A DNA stretch of 63,804 bases, filler included, from Phoronis australis (Eukaryota; Animalia; Phoronida), in NCBI GenBank assembly GCA_002633005.1. It is 8 parts of 8 records of this genome, joined end to end, with 100 filler letters (N's around TTAATTAATTAA, not from the genome) between each part and the next. Parts side by side here need not be neighbours in the genome. Positions count along the whole stretch, not along the records: positions 16,771 to 28,222 come from NMRA01001693.1; positions 28,323 to 45,299 come from NMRA01001500.1; 6 more parts are not named here. The stretch is one strand, 5' to 3'. Under the pieces are notes generated by a model. The model searched no databases. It saw nothing but the letters and a program-made list of their open reading frames with translations, and was not told where the DNA came from. Position numbers and translations under genes: made by a program. Below, piece after piece: positions 26,886 to 40,400 of the stretch; position 1 is the first letter of the stretch; every line of letters starts with the position of its first letter.

Positions 26886-29800
26886 GTAAGTGTTTCATTT
26901 CTTTGGTATGGATTTGCAGCGAATTTCTTGCAGTAACTTTGACGAAACGAGGGAACATCACCAAGATTAAAAAATATGGTTTTTATTCTTTAGGGTGGGG
27001 CAGGGGATCTCTATAAATGCAGACATGAATGAGTTTTGGAACTTTTGGTTGTTATTTGGAGTTTGCTCTTTGGTCGACACCAACCTTTTCTTTTAGTGTT
27101 ATCTCTGAGTTGACCAGGGGTTAAGGACATACAAAGTGTTAGATCTATCAGATCTGCCTGGTGGAGGAGAGTAGTTGTGATAGGGCTATCTCTGTTGATG
27201 GACTTCTTATCGTTTGTCATTAGCTGACTTCTCTGTGAAATTTAACTTCTTCCTTTTCAATCTTGCCTACAGCATAAAGGTTGTCTGCATTCGGCAAAAT
27301 ATCTTCAAAACTATTGGTTGTAGCTCAGTAAAAGTATTCGTTTTCCGAAAGAAGAAAATCTGTAGAATTTGATTTTTGACATTAAAGGGACATACCGGCG
27401 AGAAAAATTACTCTGAAATCAGCCCCAGTACTCCACTGGTAGACCTAAATCCCACTCTATGAAAAGGCAGAGTATTTTAAGAAAATTAAACTTGTAAAAT
27501 CACTTTTCTAGATTTTTTTACTAATGTTTGGCAGACAACGGCGGGTATTAGTGATTTGTAATAAACTCACAAAAAAACAACAGATTTTGTAGATTTACAT
27601 CTCTGGTCAAAGCTAATAACTTCGAGAAGTCGATCTCATTCAGTAAAAATCCCATGAGTGTAGTCGGGTCACATGACCACGTCCTTTTAGTAAAATTGAG
27701 CAGAAAAGAATGGTACATCCATAGAAAAACATGGCTATCAGTAATGGCTGAAATGTTGAACCGTCTTATGACATCCTGTCTCCTAGGAAGTGAATTCTGC
27801 ACAATTTTCAGCTTGGTCGAATTTAATTTGATGTTATTAATGTTAGTGATAAAGTCTCAATAGTGCTGTTACAGTTTTCAAAATAATTTCATTTTATTTT
27901 ATGCGACTTTGATAAAAAGCATTGAAGTCCTATTTTTTATTGTCCCTCTTGCAAAAGCGGAACATTTTAAAACAATTCTTACCAGCGTTGTGGAGATTTT
28001 TGTACAAAGCATATGTTTACATCTGAGAACATCATTTGAATCTGATCAACCATTTCCATAGTTAGCCAAATTTGGACGGTTTGCAATGGTTTCTCATTAC
28101 CTTAATCTGTTCAATCACTAATAGTAATATCGCATTCACAAACTGGCTCAAACATTGTCATTTTCGCTGGCATTTTCGCTGGTAGCGAAGAGACAACGAT
28201 CATAAGGATTACATTTGATGGCNNNNNNNNNNNNNNNNNNNNNNNNNNNNNNNNNNNNNNNNNNNNTTAATTAATTAANNNNNNNNNNNNNNNNNNNNNN
28301 NNNNNNNNNNNNNNNNNNNNNNGCGACCTACAACGTGCAATGTACATGTACTCCGCGGCGTCCATTGGATTTGGCTTTCATCGTGTGCGATTCCGCGTGC
28401 ATAATTATATACTAAGCCGGAGTAGAACAGAGACTTGCCCTTATGTACTGAGTAATGAACAGTAACTCTAGTGAAACAAATTCTATGAAATTTTACGTAC
28501 CGTCAGACGGGTATTATCTTTGGCTAGCTGCACCCAGCATCAGAGGCAGACGGAGATAATCTGTTTATTCTGGCCTCGAAACAGAATTCACGTAACATTT
28601 TCCATTGTACTTTGGTATGAACTCAAGATGTATTGTGATTGATGTGAATGGCTGTGTAATACTGTTTTGTACCAGATGGCCTCAGCATTGACGAGCTCGA
28701 GTCTGAACTCAGAATTTCGAATTTTTATTCGAAATCTGATTTTACTAGCTGAAACATAGCGGTCTTTAGCTGCGAAGTTGGTCTTACACAGTGTTTTTTG
28801 TAACGCGTAAGATGCTCAAAAACCGGCTGTTGTCATTTGCCGTTGTCCCTTAATAATAAATAAATAATTAGCTTAAGTTCGTGTTTAAGGCTGACACATG
28901 ATAAAGTGGCAAATGTTTTCCGAATTCAGTTTCGAGTAAAAAGAGTAAATCCCGGTTCCAAATTCAGTTATTTGTTTAGATTATCATAAAGCATGAAGTT
29001 CTTAAGAATCTTTAGTGAAATGTTGATTTATCACTGCTATCAATATGATATCCAATCCTTTGTAACAATGGGTGTACTTGTGGTTATTTACAAGTGCAAA
29101 GAGGTTTACCATGTGGGAGACGCATTCAGTAACACTATATTTTCTCTTGCACCGAAATAATGAGCTATTGACAGTGTACACAAAAACCAACAAATGCACA
29201 CGCAGTATACTGAAAACATTTCACTTCTCAGGGGCCAGTTTTATGAAAGTTACTAAGACTTTGGGACAGAAAATTGGTATTACGCTCCCTCTAGTCTGCA
29301 CAATTGACTAATAAAGGTTTAGTCAAGCCTGAGTGCATCACACTCTAAACAACTTGAATGCAATATTTTCAATTGCCGGAACAATACAGTTGAGTCTTAA
29401 TGACTCGGTCAGCTACCAAAAGCCCACAACTGATCTCATGAACTACTACAGCAGTTTTGTGTATTTACTCGAATAGGATATTTATACAAAAATCAAAGTT
29501 CATGAAACGAAACAGTAACATCGATATTGAAATTTCAAAAGTTGAGCAAATGTATCAGTTGACATTTGGCCATGCTATTGATAAAGTTGTTTTGCTGCGA
29601 ATGTTTACCTTTCTTTTTGTTAAATTATAACAAACTAAAGACATAATTTCATGGCCAGATTAAGTTGACGTATTGGATTAAAGTCAAAAATCATATCCTA
29701 AAGATTTTCTGCGTTCAGAAGATACCGCGGGTACAGTATATACTGTCACATAGTTTTCTAGAAATTGGGCTAAATGCACAAAAAATGAGGTCCTTATTCC

Positions 29801-32800
29801 GACCTACCCCACAACAATCTGTGAACAACCAGCCCAGCATTTCAAGGGATAATTTTCAAAATGGCGATACATGCGTGTTTAAGGCGCATGTATGTTTTCA
29901 GGCTATTTTCAATTGTCAGAACAACACAACATAGTCTTGTTGACTCTGTTAGCTACCGCAAGCAAACAGCTGAAAAGTGTTCTTCTTAGAACAAAGCTTC
30001 AGAGGATGAAGTATACAACTAATACTACTAATTCGTTGGTTCTGAAAAACTACATTTGGAGTTCGTCATGTATACGTCGTTGGAAATTTGTAAAATTCCA
30101 TCACACGCGGTGAATATCGGGAATTATAGGAGAAGCAAAAGAATTATGACTCAAAATTAAGATAAGAAGTGCGTTTAAAATCCTTTAATATCAATTTGTA
30201 CTTTGCCGTCTTTTCATGATAAATAACTCCTCCAGTGCCATTTCGTTCACATCATGCCGGGCTGCACGCTATACTACAAGCTGTCTCGCATTTCAAACTA
30301 AACACCTCAACACGCTTTTCATAAATTTCATATTGTCCGAGCAAGCACGATTTTTTTTTTAAATCGCGATAATTGAAATTCGACTGTGACACAAACACAC
30401 AAACCGTAATTGGTGCAAAATGGTAAGTGAAAAATAAGGCTCGCCAAGAAACTGTAAAACAATTTCACAAAAGTGACACTTGACTGGAAGTAGTTCCCTG
30501 TGAGCCTGTGTTTTGATAAAGCTAGGACCAATATTATATGTATATTACTCCCAGGTTTGAGTAAAGATTACAACTAAAAAAGAGGAGAAAAATCCTTGAC
30601 GTGGGAAAAACAAAAAGGGTCACCCTTAATGATGCACGATAAAATTCCTGGCTGACTGACAGCCATGAGCTATGATGAGCCCCGGCGCCTAAAGAGATTT
30701 TAGGACCCTGCCCGGAATGACGTAATTCTTTTCATGCCTTCTTGCGTGATAAGTCCCGTCCACACACACACACACTCACACAGCCTATCCTGGAACACCC
30801 TGCACTAGTATGTGACCACTAAAATTACGTCCACACACACACACATATCTAACAACTAGGGTTAGGCGGAAGTTGTCCCACTGTGCCTAGCAACTTGAAG
30901 AACGCCTAATGTGAGTATGGCGCGCAAAAGAAAACCCTCTGTACGTAACCGCAGCCGACAATTACTTTCACCCTAGCCCGCTTTTGTGGCCACACGGCGA
31001 TTGCAAGTGGCGCAAGTTACCCTAGAACAAGTTACCACACCTCGATAATGTGGAGTAAGTTGTCACAAGTGGGGTAAGTTGCGCGCTATCGTCCAGACAG
31101 CACTCAAAGCTTATGACAACTCTTCCAGGAGTAACTTAATTGTTCTTGAGTCTGTGTGCGCATACTAGGTACTCGTATCTACAGTCTGTGGTTTGTGGAC
31201 GGCACTTAAAAGTTGTCACGATAGGAAGTGGGAACACTCAAACCAAGCGACAACTCTTTCCAGGAACAAATAACTTTTTCAAGCTAGCTAGTGTGGATGG
31301 GGACTTTAGAAATTATGCAGGGCATAGTCATAGAACTCTAACCTTAGAATAATCTTTGATTTCGTCCTGCTGAGGTTGCGCCGTACATGCGTGGCATATG
31401 TTTTGCATTTGTTTGTTCCGGTGTTTGTTATTCCTATGGAATTTACTGTCAATAAAACTTTTTGCAATCAAATTGAATAAAATTCGTATCATCAGAAAGC
31501 ACTTCATCAGCTCTTGATAGTGTATGACTGTAGTAGAAAGAAACAATAAAGAATTTAATTCATAAATAATCATCATTTCCCATACCTGACCAATATATCT
31601 TTTAATTGTGGAAAACAAGACCGAAAAATAATAGGGTATACTACAATTGTTACATAAAAGGAAAATGAACCAGACAGGTTATATACATGTAAATAAACCA
31701 GCAGGGAGATAATTTAAATGATTCACGTAAGATTTCTACCCTCTCAAGACAAACATTTTAGAATATGGATCCCTCACAGTTGCTGTGAAGAATTTTGGAG
31801 GCACTGCTACAAAACATGGGATAAACTAATTACTCCAACTACCAATCGGAAATTTGCAGAGAAAGACTTTCTGATAGTTAAAAAAGACCATTGGTAAACA
31901 TGTATAGTGTAAGTTTGAAATGTTTTGTGGATAGATCATTACATAATTAAGTTGCAGTGTTGGACTTTGCGTAGTTGTTTGGAAAAAAACTAATTTCATT
32001 AGAAATTAACAATCGGTGGTCGTGACAAATGAAGTGTGTTTTACCGTAAACAAGAGATAGTGTATTGGGACACGTTTTTAGGATTGTTGTGTTAGTAAAG
32101 AAAGTGGACTCTGGAAAATAGCGATATTCATGACAAAGAGACAAATGAGCACCTGTAGTTGACAGCATTCGAGAATGAAAAAACGGGACAACTGGACTGA
32201 AAAGCGGGAGTCTCAGATAAAAATTAGAGGGGCATCTGGGTCAATTCCAAAACGCAAATGTTTGCCACATCCGTGACACAAAAGCGTCCTGGCAGCGTTT
32301 TTTTGTCGAACAAGAGACGTTACAACACAAAAGCGCCCGACGGTGTTTTTTGTTTTTGTAAGTCGAATGGACAATTGAAGGGGCCTGAAAAACTCACGCA
32401 GTGCCCCCTTTTGTTTGTTTTAGTCGAGCTGGAAAAAGTGCTATGTTGCGTGAGGCATTACAGGATATGATAGTATATGTATGTCCACGTCGCAGTGCTT
32501 CAAAAAGCGAGAAATTTTGACGGTGTGGTGAGATGATGGGAAGAAATTGAAAAAGTCGAGTCCGCCAAGAGCGAGACAACTGTCAAGAACAATGTACGTT
32601 GTCAGCGACCCAAAGGATTGGATTTTTTGCAAGGTAAACTTCTCATTTTTTAAATTATATTTCGCGTGTCTGGGTAAATACCACAAGTAACATCCATTGC
32701 TCAGAAATAGAACCAGCAAAGAAGAATCTCGGCAACAGGTAAACATTGCACAAATGAATTACCGAGAAGCAACTGAACACAGTCATAATTGACGCCAACA

Positions 32801-34195
32801 CAAACACAAACATACGTCTACGCAATACGAGTACTTTTTTCGAAAATCGCGTGAACAAATCTGCTAGTAGGGGTTAAACTTTTCATTAATAATTGCAGAA
32901 CAAACACACAGAAACCAAATGACTGCTTCATTCCGTAAAAAAGAAAAAAAATCAGTAGCATACTGTATCATATTTCTAACACCTATGAAAATGACTTGTT
33001 GAAGATTTCTAACATGTACATTGATAGGTTGTCGAAAGTGGTTCCAAAACTGGAGATGAAAATATATCAGAGGCCAGACTCGCTATTCCCGGTATCCGGC
33101 CAAAGGCCACGGGTCGCCGGGCCCGGGTGCATAAAAGGTAACCAATGTAATTGTCGGGTTTATTGCCCGGACTTTGCCGGAAGTGCGCAAGCATTATCAT
33201 GGCGCAGATCGTGAAATCGCTGGTTTCTGAATCTGTAGCTGAGTCAAGAGTCCCTTGCCTTTGAACACAAATGTCAAAAATTAAAATGAAGCAAAGAATA
33301 AAGGCTTGATTTGTGACGAATTCAACACTGAGATCAAAGCTGGACCAAAATTCTCATCGGTGCGAGAAGCTTGATTTTACGGCTCACTAGTCAGGGGGTG
33401 GCAAGTTCTCGGTCACGTGCAGGAATTGGCATTCCAGGGCTAGAGTATATGATATAATTAGTAAATCAATAGTCTATGATATAATAAAGGCACGTCACCT
33501 CTCAGTTTCACTGCGTGATTAATTGTTCTAATTTGAGTTCTGATTTTTTAAAAAAATAGCAGTTTTGTGATGTTTCGTCATGTGACACACACAAATCGAT
33601 CATGTCGTTGTAAATATTCCGAAATAACCAACAAACATATATCACACTATGCCATACGAAACTGACCCGGGCAGGGGGTAGGTAAAGTCTTGAGTAGGCC
33701 TGGGTGGCTACATTCTTCAGAAACTCAGTCGCGACTGAAACGTAAGATCACACACACGGCAACTCAGTACTCAGTTAATTGTATGCGGCCGAGAACTAAC
33801 GCGCGCATGAATTTACTTGCCTCCACGGAAAGCAATCATAAACTACCGGGCACCGTCAGTATTCGTTCTCAGTAAAACCCCGGAGCTGTATAATTTACAA
33901 AGACGCTCTACGGTCTCGGCTGGTATTTATCTCATTGTAAAACCCTCTCTCTAGGGGGCGCGCTGCATAACGTATTGCATTTGATTTTGAGAGTATAAAG
34001 CTTAGGTCTTCTTTCGGGCGCTGTTATATAGAATGTAGCTCACAGCCTTCACCAAAAACTTCTCTACCATTTATTTACTACAAAGTACTAAGGTAAATAA
34101 CTTATTGTTTTGCTGAAGTCTCCGTAAGTAGCATAATCGTCTTTAAGGTTTTGATGGCCGCCGGAAACGGGGAAGTTAATGCTGCATTAGTCACT

Positions 34196-34437
34196 GGGAA
34201 AACCCAGGGTTTTCGGTAGAATCCAAACATTTAGTTTCATTTACTAACTAGGAAAAACCCATTGCAATGCTCCTGTCTTTCCACCATGGCGTTGACATTG
34301 AAGGTACGTTTGTATAAAGCTAATCAAATTACAGCCGAATTACAGAAGTCACATGTATGTGAAAGTGAAATAGTTTGTTTTTAAACGACGCAAAAGCCCA
34401 GGCGACAGGGAAAACTAATTGTAGACGTCATGAGTCA
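34196..34437. promoter_or_regulatory. Immune-type cis-regulatory cluster (NF-kB, IRF/ISRE, CRE, AP-1)
   Basis: GGGAAAACCC 34196-34205 overlapping the palindrome GAAAACCC-A-GGGTTTTC; AGTTTCATTTAC 34233; GGAAAAACCC 34251; GAAAGTGAAA 34361; GGGAAAACT 34408; GACGTCA 34424 abutting TGAGTCA 34431. Confidence 0.55.
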
Positions 34438-37400
34438 CGACAGTTTCAGCCTTCCTTGTTTGCCACCGTTTCGTTGCTCACATCCGTTTTATATCAGTAT
34501 TTCTCTTCCTGTTGAAGTCGTCAAATGACAACCATACTGTGTACAGAGGGGCATACAACTCAACTTGAGGGGATGATCTCTGTTCTAAAGTTCAGTGTTG
34601 TACAGCTGTCTAGACGGTGACCACCGTATCTAGATAGCCGCAGTAGAGATGGTGAAGCTGTTATAGGAGTTTCATGCGTCAGAAGATTTTCAGCAAACTA
34701 TGCCTCACACGGATGTTCTCATAAGTTACTTTTGGCGCCTAGAGGGATGGACACATTAGGAGGCAGTCAACGTCTTAAATAATTCTTTTGAACTCGAACA
34801 AATACGCCCAAAATGAAACATTTTCTTCAAGCAGGCCAGTTTTGATACTTGCGTGCAGTCTTAGCGATGACATAGGAGCGCGTGTACTTTAAAATGGCCT
34901 GTTGCCAATTTGAGCAACTGAACGAAGGACTGTTGGAGTTGGAAGGTCCCAAGGTGTCCCTCTATGCGCAGAAGGTACTTACAATAACATGGTTTTGATG
35001 ATTTAATCAGTGTGACGCATAATTTGCCAAAAAGCTTCCGGCATAGGAGCTTCACCGTGGCCAGCTATAGACGGTGGTCACTGTCTAACAGCTGTCTAGA
35101 CAGCGACTCAGCAGTAGAGATGCCATGATGCTCCCGTAGGACCTTCATACGGTGGAACCTCTTCGATGAATTATGCCTCACACTGATTAATCCATCAAAG
35201 TCACATTGATATATGATTACCATATGCACATAGAGAGGGACACCTCGGGAGGCCGTCGATGTCTTTAATTCCTTCAAACTGAAATGAATACTCCCGTAAT
35301 CAAACTTTTTTCAAGCAGTCATCATTATGGTATTTCTTTGGCAATAGTATCGCGTGTGGACGTCCAAGGCGTAGTAGTGATAACCCTGTAATAGGAATTC
35401 TGAAACCGATTTACCTGATTTACCAGGCCGTCAGTGACATAAACAAGTACACCCTCAAAAATAAGAGTACACTTATGAGTATAATATTGACGTTACTCGT
35501 ATTATTTGGTAGTATTCGAACGGACACAGAGCAGATGTTCTGCGTTTTTTATCACATTTGGCGTGTGTGTCTGGAAAGAGTGCAGAATATGCTTGTATTG
35601 GTATTGAGCACTGTTTCTGTTTTAAATTGATTCTAATAAAGAATACTTAACAATATGCAGTCTGGAAACAATTTCCTGTGAAAAATAGATTGGAATTGAT
35701 GGATACACTGACAAAACTACAGTTATCTTCTTTTAATGTTTTGTCTTAAATATGCACTAATTATAGAAATGTTGTGACCTTACTGTTTGTAAGAAAAGTT
35801 GTCTGTCAACAGATGTTATGAGCTGTATTGTGATACAATACATCGCTGAAATGGACAAGGAACCATCCCAGTGAAAAGGGTTCAATCGATTTTTTTTGAT
35901 TGATAAAACGAAGGGTTCAAATTTAGAGCAGTCTAAGGGGGAAAGCTCTACATGTTATTTTTTTACTTTTGCTCGTAAGTTTTGAGACAAGAAGCTAAAA
36001 ATGCTAGCTTGTTCATTTGAACATGTGAAAGTTTTTAACGTCTTTTTGACTTAAGTACACTGACAAATCTATTTCAATTTCTGTTTTGTCATGAACATAA
36101 TGCAAATTATGTAAGTCATCTGATCAAAAGAAGAACTTGTGATGTTGGCATAAGAAAACAAGGCTGGCAGCAGGCATTGTATCATAGAAAACTGGTATGC
36201 CACATGGCGAAGTAAATTGCACTGGTAGTAACATGGGAAGGGAAGACAAGTATTTTAGTTCTTTATAATTTTCTAATAGTATACCTAGCAATCTAGCGCA
36301 AATCCCAATATTCAAATGAAAATTGAGGTCGCCAAACTTGAACTATGATCTTGGTCGTTCTTTTTTGCCAAATAATTCCATCTTCAGTCTGTTTACTTTC
36401 TCATATAGTTTAAGTGCTTACTTGATGATATGTGCCAATTCCTAATAAATGTGGAAAGTGCACTGATTTCACAAAATAATATGAACAGTTGTGAACCAAA
36501 GGTATTGTTATTAAAGTTTGGAAGTCCGCACAACTTTTGAAACGGATTTTGGGTGAATTCTTGTCTGACTTTTATACATGTACTTGCTGTGGTGCCTTCA
36601 TGGCGACTTGGGATTTTTCCAGGTCGTCAAACGCAATCTGAAGTCGTATTGATGAGCTGCAGGTCATAAAATCGAGCACTGATATCGTAGATAGTCTTGC
36701 TCATCAATTTCATCTGGGTTCTAATGAGTTATGCATGCAACATCATTCCGGTTGTGACGATCGCGAACCATCTTGCCAAAGTCGTTCGTGGCCATCATTG
36801 TTTAAAAGCACATCAGACTGTGTTTGCCCCCAGAACTTTAATTTTCAGTCAGTTTGGAGTACTACAGCACCCCTAGTGGCCATTTTGTGCGATTGTCCTG
36901 TTGTTCAGATGTCTGGTTGATATCTCATAAACCATAAGGCCATGCTAATGGTATTTGAAACAAGGGTATTAGGCATCACTGAGCCAGTGCATGTGACTCT
37001 CAAATCAACCCTGCCCATCATGGCCAGAAGGGTAGGGCTTAGGAGTGTTTTTGAGCTGAAACGTTTTCGAATATCCGGATAACGGATGTACGGCTTTAAG
37101 TTAGCTTTGTCTCAATGATTTGTGACGATAATGCATCAGCTCCAGTCGATTTTGAGTGCTCAGATTCGACCTTTGCAGAACCCTTTAGTAGCCTGGTCTT
37201 TATCTTTGGGGAGAGAGCTTTTCTGGAGAATCAATTGACCGCTTACACCACGAGTCTTTACTTTCACATGTATTTAGTCTTATCAACCAATCATTATTTT
37301 TGGCTTGAGACACTTTATGTTTCAGGGACTGTGTGTTTTTCCTCTGAACTGCACTAGTGTCTCCTGTCCTGGCCCACAATGCAATGTGGTTCTCGCTTTT

Positions 37401-40400
37401 CACGTGAGTACCTGAGATTATTAACTTTTTACAACTTTGATTTAATTTAATGTAGAATTTGTCACTTGACAAAGACTTAGGGTTGCACAATTTAAAGAAT
37501 AAACTAATGAAATGGAAATCATTGTTTTGTTTCTTTATTAGGCCAAAACCCATAATGGGTTCTGGACTGGTTTTTTGAAAATGGAATTGTTGGACCGGGT
37601 GCAGTTGTTTTTTAGTTGCTCACCATTTTAAGAAGGAAAATCCACGATCAAAAATGATGTGTGATATTTTCATGCATTACCTTAAGCAAATCAAGTTTTT
37701 TTACCCTTCTTACGTACCTTGGGGCAGCTTTTGTTTGCTTGTCCGCTGTTATATGCCCTCTTGTAGTAAGACCGTGCAGGATGTTAGTGAGATTTTGCAG
37801 AGGTGCTCCTAAAGGTGGATGAGCACAATTTTTCGAACCATCTGATGACCACTGCGTCCCCTAGTAGCAATTTTATTTTACATTTCAGAAACTCAGTAAC
37901 TATTGTATTCTCGGCATTTTTGCCACAATGAGATTTTTAAATAATAAATAATTAAAATTATTTTTCAGAAATAGTTGTGTGGAGTAAGGTCACATTTCTT
38001 TCTTGAGTCTTAAGTCTTTTTCTCTGAGACAGACCCTTGGAGTATCTAGCTATATGTGTCTGTTTCTTCCTTGCAGTCGACTCTGTGGAGCCTGTTGGTG
38101 ACAATCTTCTAGACGATGATGCAGGGTATGCTGCACCTGATCACAGAATGGTGCTTAACTCAGGTGAGTTTCCCTGGTTTGATGATGGAATTCGAATTAG
38201 GTGGTCTTAAAGGCGTTATATATCCGCATGTTATTAAGAGATAACATTTGGATTTTCATGTGTCCACATTGCTTTCATTTGTGTTCAGGTGTCCCGTGTC
38301 CACTGCTGTATCTCCTGAATCCCTTGCCGTGGTAAATTGAGATTTCACAGATGTGCTCTCATCAAAATGACAACAGGACGAAGAATTTTCGACCTGTCAC
38401 ACTTCTGCTGTGTTCCGTATTGGCAATTTTAGTTTTTTACGTTTGTCTCTGTATCGTTGGAGTTCCTTGATGGATGTTCATGAAATCCGATCTTAGATAT
38501 CTGTTAAGGTGTTGGCGATGCCTTCCCATTTTCGGACAGATTAGCCGTGTTTTGCCTCACCTAATGACTCTTTTTCTACGCACCCTCATAAGCAGAGTTT
38601 CTTTATGATTGGTAAATCAGTCTCTATTATGAAGACAACAATGCTTCGCAATTTTTGAAAAGATTTGATGGATTCTATCTGTGCTACCTACTGGCAGATG
38701 TGATCCCATTGATAAGAGCACGGCTGACATTGGATTTCAGATTGGTCTGTCTATTTTGGCGGCCTCTAGTGCTACTGTCATATTTCATGGAATTCAGCAA
38801 ATTCATTTTCTATTGGGTTGACTACGCCTTCCCGTTTTGGACAGGTTTGATGTGATATTTGTTGCGTCTAAGTGGTTTTATCTGACAACCCTTAACATTT
38901 CTTGACTATCCTGACTGGCCCTGAACTCAGAGGTTTATTTTGGGGACAAATATGTGATGTGGGAACTGTTGCAGTTTTATGACAAAATCACAGATGGAAA
39001 TTTCAAGTAAGAAATCCCTGCAGGTTGCTCCTTCAACTCATTGCTGCTAACTTTCTAGATCAAGATACACTTCCAATAATTTTGAAGAGATTGGAAAATT
39101 TGGTTGCTCAAAGAAAAAAGGCTATAAAATCATTATAATTTGTTAACTTTGAAACGTAAAAATTGTATATGGTTCCGAATGCTTACGTATATTTGTTGGA
39201 CAGTTGAAACTCAGCTTGTGAGTCCGAATCATGAACAAGTTGTGATGTAACATCGTTGACACAATATCTAGCTGCCATTGCTTTGATCCCAGAAGTCAAG
39301 ACAAATTATCTTCAACATATCTGTCTAAATTTCGCCACAACCTAGCCCGACGGACACATCAGTGAGCATATTGGTAGCCCAGTGTGTCCTGGGTGGGGTA
39401 CTGAATGTTAAAACCCCTAACACCTGGTGGAGTCTTGCCCAATCTACTGGCTGGCACTATTACATGGCTACGACACAAAGTGCATGGCAACGAATGGGAA
39501 ATTATCTCCATTTTATTAAAAAAACAGGCAAACTTGCCTTCACAAAGAACCTGTTGACCAATAAGAGGGCTCCCGTGAATTTTAGCTCCGATGTTTTGTG
39601 TAATAGGATCAACCATGAGGCCTGGGCACGTCTGATGCACTGCAAAAGACATCAGACCGCATGCTGTTTCTTTTTAAATTTCAGGGAGAATATTGCTCTT
39701 TCATTAACTTTTTTCTGCCAAATGATAGACTAACATAAAGTAATTTTCTGGTGTTGCAAACTGCTATTGATGGCGTTTTTATTGGTAAAACGTAGCAAAC
39801 CAGATACAGTGGCCAAAAGGTGATATTGGCATTCATGTGGGTCATGTTTGAAGTCTCCAAAAAGTGACGTTGAAACTGAAAGAGTTGCAACGATGTCTAA
39901 CTGGAAAGCATACAAAGCTGGGGTTTTGACTACAAATGAATATTAACACCAAATTAACACTTAAATATTTGCATTAGAAGAATGCACTGATAAGAACTTT
40001 GCCAGTCAGTCAGTTTGATTAAAGTTCGACGATTCTAAATACAATGGACAGTCGTGTCTAACTCTTCGAGCGTATTAATGAAGGACTGTGGGATGAGGCT
40101 GTGTGTCTTGAACCACAGAATCCAGTTTGCGACACAAGAAGGATAAGTAGTAGCTGAACACTTGGGGAGAGGATACTAATTTCATGATATCTGGTGACTG
40201 AAAGAATGTATGAGGCATAGTTTGTGAACAAAAGGCAGCTGCGCTGGTCTAATTTTGGGGAAGCTATCGCTTTCTATGGTTATATACATCCTTACTCATA
40301 TTTCTCTGCGGGAGGAATGGCAGGTTTGAAGACATTCTCCAGTCAATGCATTAGAAACCAATAACTACAGTGCTTGCATTAATTCCAGCCATTAATTCAG

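Noticed and set aside
34286-34303. Perfect Kozak ccaccATGg (MALTLK) as the TIR start
   Set aside because: It splices in phase 0 and hits a stop in exon 38077; the in-frame ATG is 34267, so this is at most a competing out-of-frame ORF
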